Shown: piece by piece, positions 12,854 through 27,160 of the stretch | How the letters are laid out: the number at the start of each line of letters is the position of its first letter | Position numbering within the stretch: position 1 is the stretch's first letter | Origin: Octopus sinensis | Taxonomy: Eukaryota | Assembly: GCF_006345805.1 (NCBI RefSeq) | Contig: NC_043011.1 | Coordinates: 10,726,001 to 10,790,000 of the forward strand | DNA: 64,000 bases | Reading direction: 5' to 3' | Made by a program: the position numbers and the translations under genes | Notes under the pieces: generated by a model | Told to the model about the DNA's origin: nothing | Databases searched by the model: none | Seen by the model: only the letters and a program-made list of their open reading frames with translations

Positions 12854-15800
12854 TCCTTCTTTCTTCAAACTTTCTTCCGTTTCTCGCCGTGTGTTTTCCA
12901 TACACCTAGGGCAGAGAAGCTCATTGTATGCATTCCCAGATTACACACGCAAATTCACAGGTAAAATATGTATTTAAAAAATAAATAAACAAATAAATTC
13001 ATGGATGGATGTTGGTTTTCACAGCAGTAATGCTCTTCTCAGTACATGAGCTGTTCCAGTTAATACAATTTTTTGCACTTCCTGTAGGGATGGTAAGCCT
13101 GGTATCATTTTCAAATAGATTTCAGTACCTTTTTTTTATCATTCTTAGAGATCCTACAATCACTGGTACAATCACTGGTCGCTTTGAGATGCCACGTTTT
13201 TTCAATTTCTATTAGCAAGTCTTTATATTTTCTGAGCTTGTCAAATTCTTTCGCCGAGATATTATGATCACAGGGGATGCTCATGTTGATCAATAAGCAA
13301 ACTTTATTGTTTTGGTCTTTCACAACAATATCCGGTTTATTGGCTTTGATGGTTCGGTCTGTATGTACTGGAAAGTCCCTCAGAATCATTATATTTTCTC
13401 CTTCAGTTACAGCTTCAGGGTGGTGATTATGCCACATGTCAGCAGTTGTGATATTGTAATGCCGACTTATTAGCCAGTGTAGATATTGGCCAACTTTGTC
13501 ATGTCTTAATTTATACTCCACTGGTACTAAGACTTTACATCCAGAGATTAGGTGGACCACTGTTTCAATCGTGTCGTTGCAGAATCGGCATTTTGGGGCT
13601 GCTCCATTTTTCATCACATTGGCCTGGTGGTTCCAGGTTAATAGGCTTTGATCTTGAGCAGCCAGGATGAAACCTTCGCTCTCTGCTTTTAGCCCTGAGC
13701 TCCGTAGCCACTGATGGGTTTGCTTCTGGTCAACATCAGCTTGTTTGCTACGGGCCACATATTTACCGTGCAGAGGTTTCTCCTCCCACTTATCAGCCAA
13801 TTGCTCGTGCGCTTTTTTCATTGCCATCATTTTCACCTTCTTTGCAACAATAGTTGCCGTACTTCCCTCGGGTTGTTCAGTTTGGGTATCCTGCACGAGA
13901 TCAATAGCAAATTTTTGCTTTCCTTTATGATAGAATGAAGCTTCTTTCGTCTCAGATTTTCCAGCCATTCGTTATTTCAAGATATTTGGCCAGTCCAATT
14001 GTGGTTGTTTTGTAAGCTAGTTCAAATTGGATCAGGCCTCGACCTCCTTGGGCTCTGGGGAGGTAAAGGCGATCTACATCTGCCTTTGGGTGGTGCATCC
14101 AATTACAACTCAGCAGCTTGCGTATTTTCCTATCTATTTTCTTTACTTCACTCATATTCCAGTTCAACACATTGTAGCTATAAGTAACAACTGGAACTGC
14201 TAAGGAATTTATAGCTAACACCTTGTTACATGCATTTAGTTCAGATTTCAGGACTGCTCGTACTCTCCTATAACATTCCTTCCTGATCTTCTCTTTCATG
14301 CTTGCATGCTGAATACCAGAGCCTTCATTTATCCCTAAATATTTGTAAGTTTGTTCTTGCTCAAACTCTCTTATGACTGTGTCAACATCTAACACGACTG
14401 AATTTGTGGTCTTCACTTTCCCTTTCTGGAAAGTGGCCTTGGCACACTTCTCAAGCCCAAACTCCATCCCGATGTCATCACTGAATGCTTTCACGGTGTG
14501 CAATAGGCCTTCAAGTTCATTATCGTCTTTACCATAGAGTTTTAAGTCATCCATATAAAATAGATGGCTTATTTTTTATTGACAATTTTATACCCATACT
14601 CTGTTCTGTTTAATTCACTTTTAAGGGGTATTAGGGCTATGCAGAATATTAGAGGTGAAAGTGAGTCACCTTGAAAAATGCCACAGTTGATGTTTATATT
14701 CTCTGAGGCAAGTACTCCATTAGAGTTGTATAATTGGAGATTCGTATTCCACAACGACATATTGTGCTTCAGGAAGCTTGAAATAACAGGGAAATTTTGA
14801 AGATGTCCAGTGATTTCAAGATCCATGAATGCGGTATCCTGTCGAAGGCCTTTTTATAGTCAATCCATGCGGAGCTGAGATTTCTGCGCTTGTGACAGTT
14901 CTCAAGGATCATACGATTAATTAGCAGTTGATCTTTGTATCCGTATGAGCCTCGGCGGCACCCTTTTTGTTTAATGGGGAAAATATCGTTCTTCTCCATG
15001 AATGCATATGTTTTCTCCACCAGGATAGATGTTAGGATTTTATACGTGGTGGATAAACAGGTTATAGGCCGATAGTTATTTGGAAGTTTGGTTTTGTTAT
15101 TCTTTGGGAGTAGGTAAGTAATACCACTTGCTAACCATTCAGGTGTTTTCTTTGGGTCTCTCATAATTCCATTGAGCAGCTGAACTAGCTTACCGTGTGC
15201 GCATGGGAGCGATGAGAGCACCCTATCTTTACTGGGGGATTTCCAATTATGGGCCTTCGTGAGTGCCTTTCTTAGGTCTGCTATTGTGATGTCTTCCCAT
15301 GCTTGTTGTTGTAAATTTTGGTAGGATCCGTCTGTTTGTATAGTCCAGTTTGCATTTATGTTGTACGTCTTCTCGTCACTCCAAATCCTTTTCCAAAAGT
15401 TTTGAACTTCTTCCATGGGAGGGGGGTCTTTAACGGTTACTTTCTCCTTCCCGATTTCTCTGTAGAATTTTTTGGCATTGGATGTGAACAGCTTATTTTG
15501 CTTGTAAAACTTGTTTCTCTTCTCAAATCTTCGTATTCTTTGGGCTTTTGCTTGGACTTTGTGTTCCAGCGTTTCTTTTATTGATATCAGTTCTTCTCTT
15601 GGTGAGAATCCAAATTTTCTCTTCATCTTTCTTCCTGTTCTGGATCTTACATCATTTCCACATTTTAGTTCATTTAATATTGATATTTCCCCTCTCATAA
15701 ATTCAATCTCTTTTTCAATTTTACTTCTCCAGGTTTGGTTTTCTTTGTTTTTTCGGGGGCATACAGCTGGTTTCAATTGCCCTAACAGAAGCGTAAATAA

Positions 15801-16715
15801 TTTCATTTAACTCAGTAAAATCAGGTTTTAATTCTTGTATTATTTCATTTGTTACATAGTTGCCAATTTTGATTTGTTTTTTATTTTGGTTTGTATTTGA
15901 GAGTTTATGAAGTGGTTCTCTATTATTCATACTTGTATGTCTTACAACTTCAAGCGTATTCAGGATTTTCTGCCACATTTCTGCCATAGACTCTCTGTGT
16001 TCTTCAGCAAATGTGAGATCTTCAGTTACTATTGTTTTTATCTTTTTCCTGACTATCTTTAACAGGTTCAATAGAGTTTCTTGTATCTTCAGGCCTTTGC
16101 GTACTTTGGTCAGATGGCAGTCTTTCAATTAAGCCTCATGGCGGGCTATTCTGTTCATCTGTGTCTTATATTTATGTCATTTTCCGTTGCGTGCTTGATC
16201 GCGCTTATTTCACTGTCTGTGAGTCTGTTATTTCTAAGGATATCCCTCCTCACATTTGCCAATTTGTTCTCGTCCAAATAGGGTCTACTGTCTTGATTCC
16301 GTGTTCTCCATATACTGTAAGAGTTTGTGGTGTGTCTCTCTTGAGATGGCCTACCTAATGCATAGTAATAAGCGTATATTACTTCTTTATACTCTTCTCG
16401 GGTCCATTTGTTCCACTTACATTTTTCTTTCTGTGGTGGTTGTGGTGGTGAACTTGGAGGGCTCGAGTTGGGGAATTTCCCGTTCAAGTGACCATCCATG
16501 TCCGTATTCGGAGAAGTGTTTGTGCCAGTTGATGACTTTTCGATCCCAGGCTGGCTCTTCCCTGGCGGACGCGCTTCCAGATTAACCATAGGACAACCGA
16601 TTTGGTATACTGATTTAGTTTTCCTTTTAGTTTCCAAAAACATTTTGGTGCTATGATAATGTTATCATTTTTGAGCTCTGAGTGGCCCACGGGGAGACGG
16701 CCATCATTGCCGTTA
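12854..16715 (-). mobile_element. Near-full-length R4/Dong-clade non-LTR retrotransposon (RT + CCHC + RLE), frameshifted
   Basis: Consecutive ORF pieces 16643 to the stop at 13021-13019: KWTREEYKEVIYAYY N-terminus, NNYRPITCL, DYKKAFD, GIFQGDSLSP, YMDD, CRFC...HLISGC, RHDKV, KPDIVVKD; (TAA)n on both flanks. Confidence 0.92.
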
Positions 16716-16723
16716 CAATTATA

Positions 16724-16758
<35 letters not shown>

Positions 16759-16848
16759 CATTATAATTATTATTATTATTATTATTATCATTATTATCAT
16801 TATTATTATTATTATCATTATTATCATTATTATTATTATTATTATAAT
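16716..16848. repeat. (ATT)n/(ATC) microsatellite flanking the Dong 5' end
   Basis: Direct reading. Confidence 0.9.
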
Positions 16849-16849
16849 T

Positions 16850-17227
16850 TGAAAGGGAAGGTGAGAGTAGAGAGGGAAGTGCTGTCCGATAGCAAGTTTT
16901 CTGAAAGGTGGATAAATGTCGCAAGAATGGCAAGTATGAAAGGAGCCATTCTGAGGTTACACCTGTGATTTGAAAAGGTAATATTAAAGGAGAAAGGGGC
17001 TCTCTACCCCACTTTTGACCAGGCTCCCAGTGGCTTTTATGGGGTTTTCCACCAGGAACCTTTCATAACGCCTCCCCCTATTGGGAGTTTTTCGTTGTTA
17101 TAATTTTTGATTGTTACACTGTTTTTACACAGTTTTTTACAAACGGACAAAACCCTTTGTAACCTTTCGTCCTGTTTTGTCCCTTTATGTGATAATTTGT
17201 CAGCCCTTGTGGCCAATAAAAGAATGA

Positions 17228-17258
<31 letters not shown>
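16850..17258 (+). mobile_element. L1/Tx1-like LINE 3' end fragment
   Basis: LKGKVRVEREVLSDSKFSERWINVARMA...* followed by a UTR, AATAAA and an (ATT)n tail; family assignment from recall. Confidence 0.5.
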
Positions 17259-17259
<1 letters not shown>

Positions 17260-17495
17260 GGCGGTGAGCTGGCAGAATTGTTAGTATGCTGGGCAAAATG
17301 CTTAGTGGTATTCGACCTGTCTCTATGTTCTGATTTCAAATTCAACCAAGGTCGACTTTGCCTTTCACCCTTTCAGGCTCTCTAAATTAAGTACAGTTGC
17401 CTACTGGGGTTGATCAAATTGGCTGGCCTCTCCCCGCAAAATTTCAGGCCTGGTGCCTATAGCAGAAAGGATTATTATTATTGTAATTATTATTA
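17259..17495 (+). mobile_element. tRNA-derived SINE with (ATT)n tail
   Basis: Starts ggcggtgagctggcagaattgttag, contains ...aaattaagtac..., ends in (ATT)n. Confidence 0.6.
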
Positions 17496-18054
17496 TTATT
17501 ATTATTATTAATGTTTTCTTTTTTAATATTCTATGTATATATACGTATGTTATAGTGTATGATGAATTACAACATGCACCGTACATACATGTGCACACAC
17601 ACACACACACACATTTATATTCTGATCTAAATCTAATGGGTTTTCTTTTTCTTTCTTATTCAAATATATTATCATGTGTGCCAAGATATCATTTTTTTTT
17701 AAGTAAATCAATGAACCCAATTTATATTTTTCTATTTCCCATTGTGGAGTAAAAACTGCCTGAGTAGGTAGGTAGGTAATAATACATTAAACCACCAACT
17801 GATGTGTTGAGAGATCAAATCTACTGCAAGCAAGATTGGTTCTTACGATTTTCACTAACCTTAGTTGGTATGTCCAACAGGATTAGAAACATCTGAGAAC
17901 ATATCCAAGGCATATGTCAATCATTTTGCCTCTATGTCAAAATATTGGTAAAATTGCTATAAGCCATCTCCAGGGAAACACAAACACACACGGTACTACA
18001 GTCACTGTAATTATTCTAGTTGTTTATTGTAATGCATAATGAGTAACTGAAACA

Positions 18055-20305
18055 GGAATATTTTGAAAGAGAATGAATGGGATAAAGAGAGTCTACCGAA
18101 TGTCGACCCAACAGAGGGACCAGCCATCCGAGTTGACAATTCTTTGGTAGTTAAGGCAATTAGAAGCATGAAGACAGGCAAAGACCCAGGCCCATCAGGA
18201 ATTACTGCAGAGATGCTCAAAATATCTGGCAGTGTCGGCTATAACCTAGTCACCCATATAGTTAATCAGGTGATACACAAAGGAGTCATACCCAATGACT
18301 GGTGTAGCAGCATACTAGTCAACTGCTACAAAGGTAAAGGAGACGCCCTAGATACAAATAATTACAGAGGTATCAAGCTGTTGGATCAGGTAATGAAGGT
18401 TACAGAGAGGGTCATAGCCCAACTGATTAGGGAGAGAGTCAACTTCGATGAGATGCAGTTTGGTTTCATGCCATGCCATATTTCTGGTGAGACAGCTGCA
18501 GGAGAAATACCTAGCCAAAGATAAGCCCCTGTACCTGGCTTTCGTTGACATGGAGAAAGCCTTTGACAGGGTCCCCCGATCCCTTATCTGGTGGTCAATG
18601 AAGAAACTAGGGATAGATGAATGGCTGGTGAGGGCTGTGTAAGCCATGTATAGGGATGCCGTAAGTAAGGTTAGGGTTGGCAACATGTACATAGAAGAAT
18701 TCAAAGTAGAGGTTGGGGTCCACCAGAGTTCAGTACTCAGCCCCCTCCTATTTATCATAGTCCTCCAGGCAATTATGGAGGAATTCAAGACAGGTTGCCC
18801 CTGGGAGCTCCTCTATGCTGACGACCTTGCTCTAATTGCTGAGTCACTATCAGAACTGGAGGAGAAGTTCCAGGTGTGGAAGGAGGGTTTAGAATCGAGG
18901 GGCCTTAGAGTCAACCTAGCTAAAACCAAAGTACTAATAAGTAGGAAGGTAGACAATTCCACAAATGTCTTCAGGAAGATGGCCCTGCTCGATCTGTAGA
19001 AAAGGTGTAGGTATAAACTCTATAAGATGTACCCAGTGTAAGCTATGGACACATAAGAGGTGCAGCAATGTCAAAGGAAGGCTAACTGGGAAGATAGTTT
19101 TTGTATGTGGCAGATGCTCAGGAGCAATAAACTCTGAAAATCTGCAGAAAACAACTTCCGTCACTTTCCAGGGGGAAAAGCTAGAAGTAGTTGATAGCTT
19201 CCATTATCTAGGTGACCAAGTCAGTAGTGGGGGTGGGTGCGTTGAAAGTGTAACTGCTAGAGTAAAAATAGCCTGGGCAAAGTTTAGGGAGCTCTTACCT
19301 CTGCTGGTGACTAAAGGCCTCTCGCTCAGAGTAAAAGGCAGACTGTATGATGCATGTGTACGAACAGCCATGCTACATGGCAGTGAAACATGGGCCATGA
19401 CTGCTGAGGACATGCGTAAGCTCGCGAGGAATGAAGCCAGTATTCTCCGATGGATGTGTAATGTCAGTGTGCATACTCGACAGAGCGTTAGTACCCTGAG
19501 AGAAATGTTGGACCTAAGAAGCATCAGTTGTGGTGTGCAAGAGAGACGATTGTGTTGGTATGGTCATGTGGCGAGAATGGCTGAAGATAGTTGTGTGAAA
19601 AAGGGCCAATCCCTAGCAGTTGAGGGAACCCGTGGAAGAGGTAGACCCAGGAAAACCTGGGACGAGGTGGTGAAGCACGACCTTCGAACTTTAGCCCTCA
19701 CTGAGGAAATGACCAGCGACCGAGACCTTTGGAAATATGCTGTGCGTGAGAAGACCAGGCAGGACAAGTGAGCCCAGCCCACTTATGCATGCCTTTCCTC
19801 CCTTGGACACACAAAGACCTGTTGAGGCAAGCGAAGTCGATATCGAACCTCATCTGACAACAGGCACCGATGCTTGCGAAGACCTGTTGGGGCAAGTGAA
19901 ATCGAAATTGAAATCGAAATCGGAATCGAAATTGAACCAATCCTATGACTGGCACCCGGCAGATGCCAGGACCCCTAGACTGGTGGTATGTAAAAAGCAC
20001 CATCCGAATCGTGGTCGATGCCAGTGCCGCCTCGACTGGCTTCCGTGCCGGTGGTACGTAAAATGCACCAATCCGACCATGGCCATTGCCAGCCTCGCCT
20101 GGCACCTGTGCAGGTGGCATGTAAAATGCACCCACTACACTCACGAAGTGGTTGGCGTTAGGAAGGGCATCCAGCTGCAGAAACATTGCCAGATAAGACT
20201 GGAGCCTGGTGCAGCCTTCTGGCTTCCCAGAATCCCGGTTGAACCGTCCAATCCATGCTAGCAAGGAGAACGGACGTTAAACGATGATGATGATGATGAT
20301 GATGA
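18055..20305 (+). mobile_element. RTE-clade LINE, longest copy (RT domain plus 3' UTR, endonuclease missing)
   Basis: ORFs 18063-19771: GPSGITAEMLK, NYRGIKLL, DMEKAFDRV, GVHQSSVLSP, LLYADD, GRGRPRKTW; (GAT)n tail; few frameshifts. Confidence 0.93.
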
Positions 20306-20635
20306 TCACTGATATTGATCTTTGTCTTTTCAAATGTGCTTTGCTCATTTCTTGAAGCCTATTCTACAGCATATGTGACTTTGTACATGCAGTTTACATA
20401 ACAAAATTTGTGAGTTTAAACATGATTTACTATATTGTGCTCTAATAAATCTGGTTCTTTGTCATGCTTTTTCCTTATTTTCTTACTGTCCATCATCATT
20501 GTTTTTAAAAAATATCGCATAAACAGAGCCTGAAAGATTGCTTTAAAATAAATGGCATATTTTATAAATATACCCTGTTCAAGTATCATAATAGTTATGA
20601 AACTATTAGTAGTTCTTTCAACTGTGTATTTGATA

Positions 20636-22115
<1,480 letters not shown>

Positions 22116-22119
22116 CATT

Positions 22120-22417
22120 GATATCCTAAAACCAAAGTGCCATGTAAAAGGCATTGATGTTGGTGCAGGTTCTGCATAAAAGCCACTGGTGCCAGTGCCA
22201 TGTAAAAAGCACTGATGGTAGTACCACACAAAGAGCACTGGTGCCAGTACCACATAAAAAGCACCCACTCTGTCATGTGGTTGGCATCCAGCTTTAGAAG
22301 CCATGCCAAAACAGACCATGGAATCTGGTGTGGCTCCTGGCCTTGCCAGTTCCAGTCGAACCATGCAACCCACACCAGCATGGAAAATGGACATACAATG
22401 ACAATGATAATGATGTA
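22120..22417 (+). mobile_element. Old RTE 3'-UTR fragment
   Basis: taaaaagcacc units and a diverged 3' terminus with GAT-like tail. Confidence 0.65.
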
Positions 22418-22589
22418 TAAATAATAATTTTGAATAAGGGTTTACACTTTGTAGTAGGCCCTTTAAAGCCAGTTCAGCTATCTCATGTCACAACAATATG
22501 GATTTGAATGACACTGGATTTATTTCAGGAATTCCTTTGTGCCCATAGAGTTTATAAAATATGAGGGAAAGAAAATAGGACTCACAAGA

Positions 22590-23256
22590 CTCATTATTAT
22601 TCCCTCCAATCATTTTGACCAATGATGCATTGGTGCCTCACAAGTGAGATGCTGTACAAGCGGTTGTGGTGCATCATTGGTGACTTCTCAAGGTGACTTC
22701 TCAAAAGGTGCCTCATTTTTGAATCCCTGTTTCACTTGTTTCAATTAGAATACATTTTGATTGTTGTCATTTGCTACTTGCAAACATGGGAAATCCGGGT
22801 TAAAATGAAGAACATAAGTATAAACGTTGCCTAGGTCCAGTTTGAATTTCCAGTTGTGTTTTGTTCTATCCATGGTTGTTTTATGGTTTTATTTAACAGG
22901 TTTCATTATCTGGGCAAATCATATTATTCGATTCACTTATTTTTATATCTATTTTATTTTTTTATTCTTTTATAAGTTGCTTTAATTCTTATATGAGAAG
23001 AGTTCTTCATGATAACCCAAGTTTCTTATGTATACAAGTAGCAAAACGACAACTAATGAAATGTATTTGAATTGAAATAAGCAAAGCAGGGATTAAAATA
23101 CAAGGTACTTCTGATATACAAGGTACTTTATCACATACAAGGTACTTTATCACCTGATAAAGACATATCTGCACTAATGGCACACCATACTATTTGTATA
23201 GTATCTCACCTGTGAGGCACTGATGGGTCAAAATGATCATAATGAATAATAAAGAG
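22590..23256. mobile_element. Old MITE/foldback with ~100-bp degenerate TIRs
   Basis: atcattttgacc...gtgcctcacaagtgagatgct (22609-22653) is inverted at ~23200-23237; weaker similarity extends on both sides. Confidence 0.55.
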
Positions 23257-23320
23257 CTTCGTGAATTCTATTTTCTTTTTTAAATCTCAGAACGAGATGT
23301 AAACAGTAATCGCTCAACAA

Positions 23321-23734
23321 TGTAAAGTATAAAAGCCATCTCAATATGGCTAACCACAAAGGGGGGTATTAATGTAGCTTTTTAGCCCCAGGAGATCAAC
23401 GTCTCCAGCTGGCTTTTAATGCTTACAGACAGTTTTTCGAAATCAGTGACAGAAGTCACTAGAAAAACTCTTAAATATTTGCAAACAGGCCTTTTCTTTC
23501 ATTGTGATCCGGTGATTACCGCCCGTTGATAAGAGGCAATAACCTCGAAACCACGGTCTGGTGCGTATCACTTAGGCTTACGAGAAAGGGATGGCCTCCC
23601 TTTGCAAACACCATAAGAGCACAGATAGTGTGCCTAAAGCCAGCTGGAGACGTTGATCTCCTGGGGCTAAAAAGCTACAGTAACCCCCCCCCCCTTTGTG
23701 GTTAGCCATATTGAGATGGCTATTATACTTTACA
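23321..23734. mobile_element. MITE with ~90-bp near-perfect TIRs
   Basis: tgtaaagtataaaagccatctcaatatggctaaccacaaagggggg...ccagctggctt vs its reverse complement at ~23638-23734; termini TA-AAGT...ACTT-TA. Confidence 0.85.
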
Positions 23735-23983
23735 AATTTTCTTTCTTTAATATTTTATAGAGTTTGATATAGCATATTATGTTAAAACTCATATAGAGTG
23801 CACATAAATAAAGTACCAAAATTCTTAATATCAACTGGTCAGGTTATATTTGGTTAATGTTACAGAATGAAAATAAAAATAAAAGGGAAAACATGTAGTA
23901 ATTTTGTCATGTTATGTAAGATAATTTCAAGGAAACGCTAAGTCTAGGATTATATTTGAGAGAGATAGTGATAGATAACTTAC

Positions 23984-24096
23984 GTTGACTGGTATCAGTA
24001 AAAAGCTGTTCTCCGCGAAAAATATTGACTGCTGTAGCTGCTAAATAGGGTGCTCTGAAAAAGCGCGTAGCTTTAGGACCATCTTTTATAAGTTCT
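23984..24096 (-). CDS. CAPN5: Calpain-5-like internal exon (domain III to C2 linker)
   Basis: ttctaccccAG/GTaagt; (R)ELIKDGPKATRFFRAPYLAATAVNIFRGEQLFTDTSQ(H); 113 nt, phase 2 to 1. Confidence 0.85.
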
Positions 24097-24313
24097 CTGG
24101 GGTAGAAGAAAAATAATGACAAATTTTATGCTTTAATCAGAAAAATCTAAACGAAGCACAAAACCGTTTGAAGGAAATTTTTACTAACACCTAACTATTT
24201 AACAGGTACTTAGTTTATCAACTAGAATGGATATAAAGTTAAGGTTCATTCTGACAAGAGTTGAAAGGATCGTTCTAAGATTCTATAAATTCTTCCATTT
24301 ACTACTCTCACAA

Positions 24314-24652
24314 ATTGTAGTTAAGACACCCGTACTAGTGACACATAAAAAGCACCATCCAAACGTGGCAGATACCAGCGCTGCCTGACTAGCGTCCATG
24401 TCAGTGACACGTAAAAAGCACCAACTGATCATGGCCGTTTGCCAGCCTTCTCTGGCCCCTGTGCCGGTGGCACGTAAAAAACACCCACTACACTCACAGA
24501 GTGGTTGGCGTTAGGAAGGGCATCCAGCTGTAGAAACACTGCCAAATAAGACTGGAGCCTGGTGCAGCCTCCATGGCTTACCAGACTCCGGTCGAACCGT
24601 CCAACCCATGCTATCATGGAAAACGGACGTTAAATGATGATGATGATGACAA
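24314..24652 (+). mobile_element. RTE 3'-UTR fragment in the 596-nt intron
   Basis: Shared 3' UTR and (GAT)n tail. Confidence 0.85.
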
Positions 24653-24692
24653 CAATAACAACATGAATGTTGATAGCAAAAATTTACTTTAC

Positions 24693-24892
24693 CTCAACTT
24701 TATGTTTGAAGTAGCATAAATACGTAATATGAATTCCCCACGTATTTTTGATTCAAAAGTCGATGGGATGATACAGTAAACCCCTTTTTTAAAGGCAACT
24801 CTTGCAAATACTCCTCGAGCATTAGAAAAAGGGCCTGAATGGATTCTATCGTAGAGTTTGTTGTGAATTCTATATTTCTGATTGATGCCGGC
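24693..24892 (-). CDS. CAPN5: Calpain-5-like internal exon (domain III)
   Basis: ttctAG/GTaaag; AGINQKYRIHNK...GVYCIIPSTFESKIRGEFILRIYATSNIKL(R) carries the domain III Y-x-IIP-S/T-TF...GEF-x-LR motif; 200 nt, phase 0 to 2. Confidence 0.92.
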
Positions 24893-26302
24893 CTAGAATT
24901 TCATAAAAAAAAAATAGATTCATTAAACCGAAGAACAAAAATAGCAAACTCTAACTCTAACCAGGTTTTTATCTTTAATAAAATTTTTTTGCTTTTTAAA
25001 TGTGGGAACTATGAAATGTAAAGATTAAAGGGAGATAACTGTGGAATTGTTTCTCATTGATTCTTCCCCATTCTTGGGGTTATATGATAGCTCTTTCAAA
25101 CAAAGGAACTTCTATCAGTTCTAATAGTGTCTATTTGCTTAAACTTTACATAAACATAGTATCTACTTACCGTTATGCTACAATTAAACGGAGACAGTTG
25201 ATAATCATTAACTTTAATGATTTATTTTTCTTAGGAAAGATAAGGTAGACAAGTTTAAAATACAAAATTTATCATAAATAAAAAAGGAAAATGTCATGGT
25301 GTGGTGGGGATATGTGTAATCTTTGATAAATCTGGTCAGCAACTGTAGACATGCTTCAGTGTTATTAAACCTCTCCATGGAAGCACTTACCAGCACTTCT
25401 TAGCATGGCTGTGAATCGTAGAGAGGACAAAGAATCTGAGTCTGAATGTGTGTCCAGTTATAAACTCATTAGTGAACAAGTTGAAGAGACTGACATTATG
25501 TTGAATTATATATATAAATAAAATAATGTAGAAAATAATAGAATGCAATTATATAGAAGAAAGGAATTAATAGCATAATGGACACTTTACATTGACATCT
25601 GTCTAATAAACAACATTTATACTTTTTGTTGTTCCTACAAAAATAGGAAGTTGTGACATTCAAACCTTTGCGCAGAAATGGAAGTGTCACTGTCCCTAGT
25701 ATGAAACTCATTTTCATGCCTAGTAAGAAAGTGAGTTTCATACTTAGCATTTTGAGATCTTAGCTTTATATCAAGAGGCAAACTGTACCAGACATACAGG
25801 CACAAACACGCAGACATACATAGGATATACACGAATACACAAGCATGAGTGCACGCATGCACATACTCACACACACATGCATGCACACACACACACACAC
25901 ACCTTGGTATATTAGGTCAGTAATATGTTTCACTAGTGATATTACTATAGTAAAGAAAATATTTTAATAAAATAAATCCTCTATCAGATCATCAATTATT
26001 ATTATTTAATTAGGAAAGACAGCTGAGTAATATCAATGAAATTATTATATAGTTTGAACTTTTGAAGTTCAGTTGGAAAGGAAGGAAAGGAAAAGTGTTT
26101 GAAGTAGGGTGTTTAGGTAAGACACAGTGGGGGTAGATGAAAGAAGGTACCGGAAAGAAATGATTCTTCATCTAGTAAATAGTTGTCAAGTTTAGATGAG
26201 ACCAGAACTATATTAGGCTCTATTCAGTAAATAGTTCAGAGGTAGCCATAATTATAAGAAAGAATGAATAATAACATTCTTTAAATTATAAGTTTTGCTT
26301 AC

Positions 26303-26419
26303 CCGAAAAACTGTGAAGCCAATCACGTCGTTTTCTTTACCTTTCTTCTTACTTGACCGTTTTTCCGATTGTTCCAAAGACAGCAGTAATTCTTGGGTGT
26401 CATGTATACAGAATAGATA
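26303..26419 (-). CDS. CAPN5: Calpain-5-like internal exon (domain III)
   Basis: tttctgcAG/GTaagc; YLFCIHDTQELLLSLEQSEKRSSKKKGKENDVIGFTVFR; 117 nt, phase 0 to 0. Absent from the ORF track. Confidence 0.88.
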
Positions 26420-26899
26420 CTGCAGAAATAGATAATATTATGTTATTTGGAATTTGTTTTCATGTGATGCAATTTAACATAGAATGGTAACTATGAGTTA
26501 TCAGATCTTAAAGAGAAGAGCAAAGCAATGCAATGGTCTAATATTCATACCTTTTTTAAAGGAATCATCACCTGAATCCATTTCTAAACAGCAATAATCT
26601 ACACAACTAAAATCTAACTCTATTTTCTTTAGTAGTAAGACAATGAGACAAAGCATTACCTGGTTAGTATTTTGGTCTTTTGGTAGTAACATGACAGTGG
26701 TAAAGAGAATTGAATGTTTAGGGTAGTAAAAAATACCTGCATTATAATATGAACTCACAGCCTCATGAATCTACTATATCATACTCTATCTATGCAGCTT
26801 TTATACCACGGGCTACAATCAAATCTGAAAATGTGGGGCTTCACAATCATGATAACCAGAATATAATATAATAACATTGTATCTGACAACTCATCTTCT

Positions 26900-27160
26900 T
26901 CCTAGTAACGTTGGAAACAGATCAGCAAAGATAACAATGAAACTAGTGATGACAAAAGCAGCAAGAAAGTAGGAGTTCAACAAAGAACAGTTCTCACTCT
27001 TCTACTTGTAATTTTCTCTGTCATAACAGAGACATTTAAGACTGGCTGTCCACAGGAATTTCTGTATAAATGACTTTGTTATTGTAATTGAATCCATAGA
27101 AAATTTAGAGAAAAAATTCCAGACATAGAAGAATTATCTAAAATCAAGAAACTTCAGACT
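26900..27160 (+). mobile_element. Ancient RTE RT fragment
   Basis: VGVQQRTVLTLLLVIFSVITETFKTGCP aligns to VGVHQSSVLSPLLFIIVLQAIMEEFKTGCP in the 18646 ORF. Confidence 0.6.

Noticed and set aside
16650-16715. Possible HDV-like ribozyme at the Dong 5' end
   Set aside because: I could not assemble the P1/P2/P3/L3 nested pseudoknot from the sequence.
16484-16933. Poly-Asn 149-aa ORF
   Set aside because: It is read-through of the (AAT)n tract between the Tx1 end and the Dong 5' end.
26650-27040. Possible decayed GPCR (hydrophobic SITWLVFW, YSIYAAFIP, VLTLLLVIF segments)
   Set aside because: The segments are in different frames with many stops, and the last one aligns to RTE reverse transcriptase (VGVHQ.SVLSPLLFIIVL...FKTGCP).
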